Assembly (NCBI GenBank): GCA_964016885.1
Contig: OZ024741.1
Span: forward strand, 331,576,001-331,640,000
Length of the DNA: 64,000 nucleotides
Direction of reading: 5' to 3'
Source of the DNA: Eledone cirrhosa
Taxonomy: Eukaryota
In this document: positions 1 to 11,221 of the stretch, one piece after another
Layout of the letters: the number at the start of each line of letters is the position of its first letter
Position numbering within the stretch: the stretch's first letter is position 1
Position numbers and translations under genes: made by a program
Notes under the pieces: model-generated
The model's input: the letters and a program-made list of their open reading frames with translations, nothing else
Database searches by the model: none
What the model was told of the DNA's origin: nothing

Positions 1-569
1 TGTGTAAAATACAATTATCTATTCATCAATTTAGGAATTGGAAATAAGTTCAAATCTTCAGAAAATCTGTTGAACTCATAAAGTAAGCAAAAGAATGATG
101 ATAACAAGTTGAATTATTAATATAGTAAATTGCATGGTCTTTTATTGTTACAGAAATATTATTACAGGAAGTTGAATAAAACAAAGATGTTCATGTGGAG
201 ATATATGATGTGAAGTGTTGAATAAAATAAACTCTGTGGATTGTGATGTATATTGAACACCTGGAAACATGATAGGGAGACAGGCTACAGATGTGTGTTT
301 AGAGATGTGAGAGAGTAAGAGATAACCATATGTGCTGTCATACGCACAGATCTGCTTGCCAGCAGTGGGCAAAACACCAGGTGGCATCTGCTACCATCAA
401 AACCTGGTATCTAATAAGAAAAAGATAGCTGGTAGGCATGGCCTTTTACCTGAGAAGATCTCCTTCTGTGCTTGGATATATTGTACTGAAAATGAAAAAT
501 TTAATATGCCAATGAATATGATATAAAAATATTTATTAGTTTCAAACACAATATCAAGCTAGGAATGTG

Positions 570-693
570 CGTGCACACGCACACACACACACACACACAC
601 GCGCGCGCATGCACACGCGCACACACATACACACGCACGCACACAAACACGCACACACACGCACACACACACCCACGCACACATAAACACACA
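570..693. repeat. (CA)n/(CG)n compound microsatellite
   Basis: Dinucleotide runs read directly; they generate the spurious 501..692 ORF. Confidence 0.95.
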
Positions 694-925
694 CTTTCGC
701 CGAGACTAAGTAAGTGACATAGTCACTACTTTATAACTCATAGCGAAAGGTCTTCAAAATGTTTTTAAATAAACATACAGTATATTATCAAATATACTAT
801 ACATACATTCATACATATATTGCTATTTCAGAGAATTGATACTATATATATATATATATTTCCTGAATATGTGGTTGTAATCAGTAAAGAACTCGCTCTT
901 AATATGTAATCATAGAAGTAAATAT

Positions 926-1058
926 ACTATAATGTATAAAATACATAGCAAACTAGAATATACCGTCTTAGGTACTCAGTTTCTTGAAGTAAAATTAAAT
1001 TGCTTCAAAAAACTCAGATTGTATATGCCAGTTTGCCATGCATTTCATACTATATAGT
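926..1058. repeat. Diverged inverted repeat (old fold-back) between (TA)n tracts
   Basis: actataatgtataaaatacatagcaaactagaatatac matches the reverse complement of 1021-1058 (actatatagtatgaaatgcatggcaaactggcatatac); inner pair agtttcttgaagtaa / ttgcttcaaaaaact. Confidence 0.65.
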
Positions 1059-2019
1059 AAATGTATATATATATATGTTATAATGGCTGCAACCCAATTT
1101 CAAGAAATGCTATCACTTGATACTTAAGCATGAGCAGCATGGATATGCTCTTTTAGTCCTGTTAGGGACTTGCCTACAGCCAGCCATGTCATGCAATGCA
1201 AAAGATGTGACATATTAAGTAATGCTTGTGCTTGAAGTTTTTTTAAGTGTGGAAATCCCATCACTGAACACTGAATGCATTTACCTAAAAAGTAGATCTG
1301 GTCCACATCATTGGATGCAAATAAAGTCGCAAGTATTATATCAGTGACTTTCTCTTAGAGCGGTGGGTGTCTTAATGAAGACTTGGGGTCACTAAATCTC
1401 ACATTTCAGTGCTACTGGTAATATGTAACCCAGTACAATTTGTACATGGTCAGGTCGTTGGCAACTAAACCAGCAGCCCCACCAAGCTTGCTTGGTAAGG
1501 CGGGTAATTATGGACACCCTGTGGGATGAAAAACAAAATCTGTCAAAGGGCGGAGGACCTCAGGAGACTCAATGGCCATCCAATAAAGTATATATATATA
1601 TATGCAGCTAACTGGCCAGACTTGTATCATAATGTGGACAACCCATCTAACCCATGAAAGCATGGAAAAATGGACGTTAAATGATGAGGATGATGAATGA
1701 TATATATATATATCGTCTATGATGTCACAGAACTTAAGTTCACAGATATCACGGACTTGTCTCTCCTCTTCCTATATTTCCGTTGCATTACCATCTTTGT
1801 TTGTTTACATGTCTCGCTGACTTCACCCTATTTTACGTGTCCCAATAACTTTATTTAGTTATTGCTCGCACCAACCAGAGGTATATGATCTTTAAAGCGA
1901 AGAAATACCAATGAAGGCTGGAGGATCACTGTTGAAGGACTAATTTTATTCATATGTAACCCATGTGCAACCAATCAGCACGCCATTTTTCATGTATATA
2001 TATATATATATATATATAT

Positions 2020-2500
2020 GATGAGCTGATAAACTCCGACCTCACACACTTACACCTCTCCAAGACAATGTCACTGGACCGTGACCTTTGGCGGTACTCA
2101 GTAACAGAGAAGACCCGCCTTGCCAGTAGGCATCTCTAACAAACTACACCCCGTCCCGCCACCACCCCCACCCCATCCACACCACCCCGTTCTATGTAAA
2201 GTTATGTTGGTGCCGCGCCATCCAGGCCGAAACAAATGAGATCGTGTAGGTGTCACGACAAAAAAACACACAGTCCACGCTGTAATGTGGCCGTGTAGGC
2301 AACACGGTAAAAACCTCCCAGACCCACACTGTAAATGTGGTTGGTATTAGGAAGGGCATCCAACTGTAGAAAACCTGCCAGACAGTCCTATGCGAGCAAG
2401 ACAATCACTCTTGCCTCAAGTGGGACTACCCCCGTCCAAACCCATGCAAGCGTGGAACACGGACGTTAAACGTTGATGATGATGATGATGATGATGATGA
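2020..2500 (+). mobile_element. 3' end of an RTE-related retroposon with (TGA)n tail
   Basis: Contains cactgtaaatgtggttggtattaggaagggcatcca and ends cccgtccaaacccatgcaagcgtggaacacggacgttaaacg-(tga)n, the tail shared with the RTE and SINE copies elsewhere in the window. Confidence 0.55.
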
Positions 2501-2572
2501 TATATATATGTGTGTGTGTATATCAATCTCACCAGTGTTGGGGAAAGTGCAAAGGCCAAGGACACAGCTTAA

Positions 2573-2779
2573 CCCTTTAGCATTTAAACCAGCTGCTTCT
2601 GGCCAGAATTCGCCCACCTCTTTCTGTTCAAACTGGCTGCTCATACTTATGTTAAGGTATTGTTCTCAAAATAAATTATATCGAAATCTCATAGATTCGA
2701 TATTATATGAGATAATTATGTAAAATAAAGTATTTACTGTGAAAATACAATAGTAAATATAGATGTAAATGCTAAAGGG
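2573..2779. mobile_element. piggyBac-type MITE (207 bp)
   Basis: Perfect 14-bp TIR CCCTTTAGCATTTA (2573-2586) / TAAATGCTAAAGGG (2766-2779), flanked by TTAA on both sides (2569-2572, 2780-2783). Confidence 0.85.
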
Positions 2780-4199
2780 TTAATCTTACAGAGCAGGCAT
2801 CTATCAAAAGTTCAATAAATAAATAAAATACAAAAAGCATTTTAAGGCCATTTTCCCAGCTAAAGAAGGGTTTAGCTTTGCAGGGCCCCATGACAAGCTT
2901 CATATCTATCATGGGGTGCTTTTTGAGACAATATTTTATGATGGCCACCTGTGATATAAGTGGGCTCCTGCCAGATGAATAAGCAGCTCTGGACTAACAG
3001 CAGTAAACTACTATGGGAGCTGGAACAATGGCTGACACCTTTAGCTCCCAAGACAACTCTCACAACTCAGTAATGTAGCTATGAAGAGGAGAGTAAAGGC
3101 TGCTTCTAAAAAGCCTAGTCTGAAAACCAAACTGCCGAGCACATCTCTTTTAAAGTATTTGTATTAATTCCAAAATCTTCCATTATAATTTTATGCAAGA
3201 AGCCTTGTTAAGTTATGTTTCAAACAACATCTAAATTATGAGAAAGTTAGTTATATGATTAAATCCTTCAAATTTTTTATTATTTCCAAAGTGATTTGAA
3301 AATCATAGGCAGAGCATTATATTAGAAATATGGCAACAAAAAAGTTATGGCAAGAAGCAGTAGAAGCTCTGTAGATTTACCCCTTGAGATTTTGTAATGA
3401 TTTAGCAGAAAATATTTTAAAATAGGTTTGTTAATTCAAGCATTTATAATATCTTCACTAGTAGACAGATCGCTGCATAAATTTGAATAAATATTTTAAT
3501 TTCCAATGTAATGAAGTTATAGTTCTGTTTTATGCTTTACAAAATGTCTTACTAATGAAGTTTCATGTGTTTTGTCAATCTAAATGTATATAATATCATT
3601 ACTAGTGGACTGATTGTTGTATAGATTTGCAGTAAATATTTTAATTTTTAAAGTAATGTACTCATAGTGCAGCTTTGTATTTTTCAAGAATGTCTTGGTT
3701 ATGTGGTTTCATAATGCTTGTTAATTCAGATGTTTATAGTGTCTAAGAAGATGTAGGAAGCTCAGATGCAGAAAATAACTTCAATAACTGTCAATTGCTA
3801 TAAAATATCTTATAAAAATCAGATAAAGACGATTTGAGATGATTTTTATAAGCTATTTTATATCAATTGACTGGAATTGCAGTTATTTCCTGAGCATGAG
3901 CTTCCTACATTTTCTTATAAATTTATTTCCTTGGCAAAAATTTGAGCTTCATACATGCCGTTTGTTTACAGTGGTGTTTTTACTGGACAGACTGTTGTGA
4001 ACATGTGCAGTATTAGGCTAAATGCTTTAATTTTCAATGAGATGCAGTCATAGTTCTATTTTATGCTTTGTCAAGAATATCTTTGCTGATGCAGTTTCAT
4101 GTGGTATGGGATGTTAAGAGTTAATGATGGGTTTGTTTATTTGTAAAACATGATAGAAAAAAATTTGGAGTAAACAACTTGATGATTTGGGGGGAAGAG

Positions 4200-5160
4200 G
4201 ATATGCCAAGTAGGGGTACTACTGATGCCCTTTTTCTGGTTAGACAACTACAAGAGAGGTATTTAGCTAACTGCACCTAGCATTTGTAGATCTAGAGAAA
4301 GCCTTTGACAGGGTTTCATGCTCTATAATTTGGTGGGCACTTAGTAAATATAGTGAAGTTGAAAGTCTTACTAAGGAAAGTGGTCATGCTCGATATGTCA
4401 GAAAGGGGTGGGTAGAAATTTCATAACATGCACACAATGTAAAGTATGGGCGCACAAGAGATGTAGTGGGATTGCAAGTTGGTTAATGGAAAAGATAGAC
4501 TTTATATGCGGCAGATGCTCAGGGGAAGTAAGCACAAAGAACACATGTGAAATAGATTCCCTCAGCTGCCAAGGTAGCTCTCTAGTAGTTGTGGACAGTT
4601 TTTGCTACCTAGGATCTAGGTCCTAGGTGATCAAATTAATAGTGGGGGAAGATGCAGTTAAAGTGTGTGAGCTAGGATAAAAACAGGTTAGAAGAAGTTT
4701 AGAGATCTATTACCACTGCTAACAACAAAATGCTTTTCTCTCAGACTGTATGATGCCTCTGTGCAAACTGTGATGTTACATGGCATTGAAACATGGGCCT
4801 TGACTGCAGAAGACCTGAGGAGCCTATAAAGAAATAAGTCGAGTATGCTCTGATGGATGTGCAATGTTAGTGTGCATGAGCAACGTAGCATAAGTGAACT
4901 GAGAGGAAAACTTGGCATAAGAGGAATTGGATGTAGTGTGCAAGAGAGAAGACTGCATTGGTATGGTCATGTAATGCACATGGAATATGGCCGTGGCATA
5001 TAAAAAATGCAGAGAAACCCCAGTGGCTGGGATCCATGGAAGTGGCAGATGCAGGAAGACATGGGATGAATTTGTAAGGACTGACCTTGAAAGCTAAAAC
5101 TTACCACAGAAATGACTTAAGACTGCAAGGGCTGGTGCTATGCAGTGCAGAAGACCCAGC
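4200..5160 (+). pseudogene. Decayed RTE-clade LINE ORF2 (RT start, C4HC3 finger, RT end and C-terminus); central RT deleted
   Basis: Broken frames read MPSRGTTDALFLVRQLQERY, AFVDLEKAFDRV, WSCSIC...CTQCKVWAHKRC...CGRC, VVDSFCYLG, MLHGIETWAL, ERRLHWYGHVMHM and GRCRKTWDE, with stops and frameshifts. Confidence 0.85.
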
Positions 5161-5409
5161 CTGCAGCTTACAATGTGACTTCACTTCCCCTTCCCAACCC
5201 ACAAGTACTCACTAACAGTTAGTCTCACCTTCACTACTTCACCCACCACCCCCTGCATATTCCTGGCACCCTCCTCCATGAAGTGGTTGGAGATAGTAAA
5301 GGCTTCCAACCATGGAAAACTTGCCAAGTAAACAAACAAAGGGTCGGGAGGATCCTTCAGTCATGTCATGGATATGACAAACTCCCTAGTGTTGGTGATA
5401 TTCACGATA

Positions 5410-5700
5410 TATGCACCCAGTACACACTGTAAAGTAGTTGGTGATAGGAAGGGCATCCAGCTATAGAAAACTTGCCAGACAAAGGGTTGGGAGGACTCTC
5501 CAGTTGTGTCAGAGGCATGACAATCTCTCCTGAACACTCAATGGAATATAGGATCATACATAAGTACACAGATCCCTGGCTTGCCTGGGAGATCAGTGGT
5601 TCCACTTCTGTAAGGACTTGGTCTATATGGACCAATCCAAACTTTGGTAGCAGGGAAAGTGGACATTAAAACAACAACGATGATGATGATGATGATGATA
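5410..5700 (+). mobile_element. SINE/RTE-type 3' segment with (GAT)n tail
   Basis: cccagtacacactgtaaagtagttggtgataggaagggcatccagctatagaaa ... agcagggaaagtggacattaaaac-(gat)n. Confidence 0.55.
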
Positions 5701-5759
5701 GTATAGTACCATAACTCCTGATGGAGTCATAGGGACACCGTAGTGGCATAGAACATTTT

Positions 5760-6015
5760 TTCGACATTTAAAGCCTGGCAGAGTCCATCTCTTCTTCAGG
5801 TCTGAACACAGCAGATTTCTTCCAGAGAAGGATAGGAAGTAAGAGAGGGGAAGTGAGAAAGATATATTGTGAAAGAATCAACCTCAGTACTAGACTGGTA
5901 CTTTTTTATCGACCTCAAAGTATGAAAATGCCTCAGCGGTATTTGAGTTGTAGGCGCACCAGAACGAATACCACAAAGCATTTTATCCGACATTCTAAAA
6001 ACTCTGCCAATTCAT
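5760..6015 (-). mobile_element. tRNA-derived SINE, long-tail subfamily (diverged)
   Basis: Homologous to 15900-16245 and 24132-24446 (ctggtacttttttatcgacctc, cttccagagaag). Confidence 0.6.
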
Positions 6016-6195
6016 TGACTATAGATTAATATTCTAATGGTAAAAATGAAATGACAACAACAGCATCACCACCACCACCACAACTACAACAATAATAATA
6101 ACATTTTAAGTTGTATATCTGTTAAATTTGACATAGTTCACTGCAAATGTAATGTTTTAAAATTTGGGCTACTGCAGATAACTTACAAATGAAAG

Positions 6196-6300
6196 TATGT
6201 ATGTATGTATGTATGTATGTATGTATGTATGTATGTATGTATGTATGTATGTATGTATGTATGTATGTATGTGTGTGTGTGTATGGGTATATATATATAT
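6196..6300. repeat. (TATG)n/(TG)n/(TA)n microsatellite
   Basis: Read directly. Confidence 0.95.
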
Positions 6301-6669
6301 ATAGAAAAGAAATAAGATTTCGCTTCAAGCATAGCTTTATACAATATGTATAGACATTTCGTATTTCTAAAGAAATACGGTTTTAGGAAGCCGTAGCTAT
6401 GCAAACACTTGAGCTAACGCCCTCTGGTGGTGCCCAACAGAAGAAAGGGGGACAACCGTCTATGCATTTCAGGCTTGACTGGCCTTCGTCAGGACGGTCC
6501 CTCCCACTGCTTGCTACTGCTGGACTTGAAAACAGTCGAGAATATGTAGTTTTCTCGTTTGTGTAAATGAGGTGATTAATCTCATTTGCATATGAAGCTG
6601 CATAAGTTGGCTCAACTTATAATAGAAAAGAATCTTATTTCTTTTCTATTATAAATTGAGCCAACTTAT
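6301..6669 (-). mobile_element. Hammerhead-bearing non-coding insert (Penelope pLTR- or retrozyme-like) in a (TA)n tract
   Basis: Direct repeat atagaaaagaa at 6301 and 6622 (321-bp period); inverted 39-bp segment 6631-6669; internal type I hammerhead; TA repeats on both sides. Confidence 0.65.
6455..6498 (-). ncRNA. Type I (minimal) hammerhead ribozyme
   Basis: Minus strand: ACCGTC-CTGACGA-AGGC(cagtcaa)GCCT-GAAA-TGCA-TA-GACGGT; 6-bp stem I, canonical core, 4-bp stem II, palindromic stem III, AUA cleavage triplet. Confidence 0.85.
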
Positions 6670-6726
6670 ATATACCCATATATATATATGTATATATGTA
6701 TATATATATATATATACCCATATATA

Positions 6727-7303
6727 TCTGTATATATATAAATATGAACATTTTTGTGTATATGTGTGTCGAGCCTTTTTAATGAGGGCTCATATATTCT
6801 AAACCATTCATGCGATTTCTTTGAAATTTTTTACAGAGCTTCTCCTTGCACAACACCTGTACATGATCTACAAAGGCTTACAAAAATCGATATTGGGGCC
6901 TTTGGAGACATATAAAAAGTTTCGGTTATTTATGTGGATTTTCGTGATTAAGTAGGACAAGAGTTAACTTTCCTAATCAACAGTTATCTTTCGTAATTAG
7001 CCTCAGTCGGGTTTTAATTTACTTTTTCTACTTGAAACAAAGATAATAACAATATCATTTCGTATATTTCACAACCAGCAATCTATAACCTTCTACTTGA
7101 AACAAAGATAATAACTTCACAACCAGCAATTTATACTGCTTGAAACAAAGATAATAACAATATCATTTCCCTGGAATAGTGCCTAAGGTTTTCATGTTTA
7201 CATAAAGTACGTTTTTTTCTATGTATTCAAATTTACTTTGTTTAGTTTAATGAGCTACATCGAAAGCTACATGAACCGTCCAAAGAACGGGTAGTTTAGC
7301 TAG
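6727..7303 (+). mobile_element. Probable non-autonomous Helitron
   Basis: Starts A|TC followed by (TA)n and a TG-rich stretch; ends with hairpin CCGT-ccaaaga-ACGG (7276-7290) about 10 nt before CTAG|T (7300-7304); no TIR/TSD; internal triplicated cttgaaacaaagataataac. Confidence 0.65.
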
Positions 7304-7666
7304 TATATATATATATGTATATATACATGTGTGTGTGTGTGTGTTTATGTGTCTCTGTGATGTGTGTGTGGGTATGTTTCTGTGTAGATATATGCGCATA
7401 AGTGTGTTTATGTGTTTGTGCGTAATGTCTCTGTTTGTGATATGTGTGTGAGTGTGTGTCTGTTTATATGTACGTGTATGTGTATGTTTATCTGTCTGTA
7501 TGTGGTGTGACTCCATATTGTTTTCTATTTAAAAATGGGTCCATGTGATCAATTCCCAACTGAGCCAGATATTGAAAATTACTCAATCTTTGTGTATATA
7601 ATTTAATATCCAGAGACATAGACCCAGACACATATGTATGTGTATGTATATATATATATCTTTTAT

Positions 7667-8010
7667 GGAGGCACATGGCTTAGTGGTTAGAGCATTGGCC
7701 TTGCAATCGAAAGGTTGTGAGTTCAATTCTCAGACCGGGTGATGTGTTGTTTCCTTGAGCAAGACACTTTATTTCACATTGCTCCAGTTTACTCAGCTGT
7801 AGAAATGTGATGATAGGGACTGGGTCCTTATCATTCCACTGTAAAGTGGTTGTGGAGGTGCCACGGCAAAAAAGCACCCAGCACTCACTGTAAATGAGGT
7901 TGGTGGTAGGAAGGGCATCCAGCTGTAGAAATCAAGCCAGAATCAGTTCCCGTCCCACCCTTGCAAGCAGGGAAAAGTGGACGTAAAATGAAATGATGAT
8001 GATGAAATGA
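7667..8010 (+). mobile_element. tRNA-derived CORE-like SINE with RTE-type tail
   Basis: A box TGGCTTAGTGG, B box GAGTTCAATTC, CORE-like ccttgagcaagacacttt, tail ending (tga)n; head nearly identical to 26887. Confidence 0.85.
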
Positions 8011-8271
8011 TGATATATATGTATGTATGTCAGGGTCTATACATGTTTTGGGGACACCTTGTGTATATATATATGTATGTATATATATATACACACACAT
8101 ATTTTTATTCAGTTTTCAATGATTAGACTGAAGCAATGCTGAGGCATCATCCCAATTTTGTTGATCTTATCGACCCCAATACTTATATATATACATATAT
8201 ATAAAATATACATATATCATTATCACCATCATCTCATGTTTAATGTCTATTTTTCCATGATATATATATAT

Positions 8272-8545
8272 CATCATCATCATCATCATCACCGTTTTAC
8301 GTCCGTTCTTCCACGCTAGCATGGGTTAGACGGGTTGTCCTGTTGTGGGCAGTGTCTGGTCGGCTGACCATACCTTGCTCATACAGGAACTGATCTGGCT
8401 TGATTTCTACAGCTGGATGCCCTTCCTAACACCAACCTCATTTACAGTGAGTGCTGGGTGCTTTTTCGTGGCGCCTACACGTCCACTTTACAGTGTGGGC
8501 TGGGTGCTTTTTTTTGCCGTGGCACCTCCACGACCACCTTGCGGT
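8272..8545 (-). mobile_element. 3' half of the same CORE-like SINE
   Basis: Reverse complement matches about 27050-27320 closely. Confidence 0.8.
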
Positions 8546-8561
8546 GGGGGGAAGTGGGGGC

Positions 8562-8720
<159 letters not shown>

Positions 8721-8935
8721 TAGAAGTGGTTACACAACAGTTAGTTCACCATACCGAGAACAATTGTTTCACCTTAGCAGATCCTCAGCTCCTAATGGAC
8801 ATGGTTATACGGCACAGGAAGGACAACCATTGTCCTTCCTGTGCCGTATAACCATGTCCATTACGAGCTGAGGATCCGCTAAGGTGAAACAATTGTTCTC
8901 GGTATGGTGAACTAACTGTTGTGTAACCACTTCTA
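8721..8935. repeat. Near-perfect 215-bp palindrome (106-bp arms, 3-nt loop)
   Basis: 8721-8826 is the reverse complement of 8830-8935 with 2 mismatches; loop CCA. Confidence 0.95.
8864..8901 (+). ncRNA. Type I minimal hammerhead ribozyme-like fold (mirror copy on - strand at 8755-8792)
   Basis: CGAG-CTGAGGA-tCC(gctaa)GGt-GAAA-CAATTG-TT-CTCG: 4-bp stem I, CUGANGA/GAAA core, palindromic stem III, GUU triplet; stem II is weak (U.U closing). Confidence 0.65.
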
Positions 8936-9009
8936 CCTAACTCGTCCGATGGACTGAGTGCTCTACCACTACATACATATACTTTGATCATCATTTAATG
9001 TCTATTTTC

Positions 9010-9534
9010 CATGATATATATATATATACACATATATATATTCATATATATATATACGTATACACATATATATACATATACACATATATATACATATGTG
9101 TATATGTGTATATATACATATGTGTATATGTATATATAGACACCTATATGTGTATGTACATATAGACATAGATATATAGCTACATTAATGAATACAGCAA
9201 TACAGCAATACAGTAAATAACAAAATATTTCATAAACATATAGACATACAAACTCATATACATATAAATCAAATGCATATATATAGTAGGACACACATGC
9301 ACATGCCAAAACACACCACACAACACACATTTTCATATATATATGATAATTATTACAAAATATCTCCCATTAAAAGATGTATAATATCTAAAATATTGCT
9401 TCTACATATTGTCTTTGTTCAGCACTAATAATTATCTCTCCAAAATTTTGATAATTATCTCACATCATGAACATACAAGTAAATAGCATGCATACATACA
9501 TACACACACACATATATACATACATACATACATA

Positions 9535-9628
<94 letters not shown>

Positions 9629-9637
9629 CATATATAT

Positions 9638-9696
<59 letters not shown>

Positions 9697-9822
9697 TATA
9701 TATATATATAAATATATGTATACATGTGTGTGTTTGTGTGTGTGTCAATGTATGTGTGTGTGTATTTATAATCATCATCCTTTAACGGTTGCTATTGCAT
9801 GCTGGCATTGGTTGGATGGGTA

Positions 9823-9856
<34 letters not shown>

Positions 9857-9962
9857 TCTCTCCCTATATATATATATATATATATGTATGTGCTTGTGTG
9901 TATATATATATATATATATACATACATAAATACACACACATATTTATTTATATCTATCTATC

Positions 9963-10000
<38 letters not shown>

Positions 10001-10050
10001 GATACATATACATACATACACACATATTTATATATATATACACACAGGTG
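9010..10050. repeat. Compound (TA)n/(CA)n/(TG)n/(CT)n microsatellite region
   Basis: Read directly; explains the overlapping YIYI ORFs. Confidence 0.9.
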
Positions 10051-11049
10051 TATGCAGAAACATAGTCATATACACATGCTGTTATATACAACCTTTTATC
10101 CAATATATTTATTAATGATGATGACAATGGAAATCGTTAATGACAATATCACATGTAAAAACGACATTCCTGAGGCAATATAAAGAAAAGTAATTTGACA
10201 CGGCATGCCTGGTGTTCCATTCACTAAATACGATCCAGAGCCTTCATAAAAATGGCTATAAGTTGTGGGGTATGTACTGATTTATTGCAAATTACTCAAT
10301 ATATTTGCTATTTGAAAGTGAGAACTAAAACACTGAAAAATATTTAAGTAGCATATTTAAAGATCCTCTTAAATCTAGCTAGTATTCTGTCAGCATTTTG
10401 TTACTTTACTGGGCAATGCAAGCATGATGTTGTATGGTTAAACAGGACAAAAGCCATACAGCATTAGGATATAGAGATTTAGATCACAAACTATCATATT
10501 CATATTTGTAATTAAATAATATTTATTACTCCATCATGCTGCAAGTGTTGTTCGGATGATAGTATGCAAATGAGAAGGCATTGCTGAATATTGCAAATGT
10601 GGTAAAGAATATGTAAATAAGGTATGATAGCTGGAAAATATTGATATGGGTTTCATGCAACCAAAATCTTCCTCTTACTATTAAGGACAAATTAATCACA
10701 TATCAATGTGAGTGCCTTGAATGCTCTGAGCTTGTGGCCGTCCTTTTGAATCCCCTGTTTCCATGGATAAAGAATGAGTGATTGGAAGCAATTATAGATT
10801 ATGAAGGCTCTTCAGTCTTGCTGGAGACAACTTCTCTTATGTTAGTGGTGTAATAAAATATACCAAGTTTACACTGTAGAATGGTTAGTGATAAGAAAAC
10901 ATCCAGATACACAAGAGTCAGCTGAAAAGTTCATAGGCCAACCAAGGTACTCTCATGTAATGACCAAGTGAGGCTTATTTTTCAACGTAGTCCCTGGAAA
11001 GAACATTGCAGTTATAAATAAAAAGAATTCACAGCTTTAGCATCACTTA

Positions 11050-11221
11050 TTTATCTAAATTATATGTGAAAATGTTTATTAGGTTATGTTCCAAACACCA
11101 ATTTAATAATGAGAAAATTTGTTATATTATAAAACCCATCAAAATTCTTGATTACTTTCAAAATGATTTGAAAATTCTTGACAGTGTTTTACATTAGAAA
11201 TATGGTAATGAAAGTGTTAAA
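11050..11221 (-). mobile_element. Fragment of abundant piggyBac-like non-autonomous family
   Basis: Ends aaatatggtaatgaaagtgttaa, the reverse complement of the ttaactctttagttaccatatttct terminus at 12150; further fragments near 3150-3350, 14930-15053, 15770-15845 and 24033-24480. Confidence 0.55.

Noticed and set aside
1716-1995. Further TA-flanked insert with ccaatgaagg / ctgttgaagg as a hammerhead
   Set aside because: No matching GAAA half or stems could be built.
7667-7745. tRNA gene (also 12505, 26887 and others)
   Set aside because: A/B boxes run into SINE bodies with no complete cloverleaf.
10905-11000. Mariner-like terminus (cagctgaaaagttc...ttatttttcaacgtagtccc)
   Set aside because: Single short end with no partner TIR; too weak to annotate.
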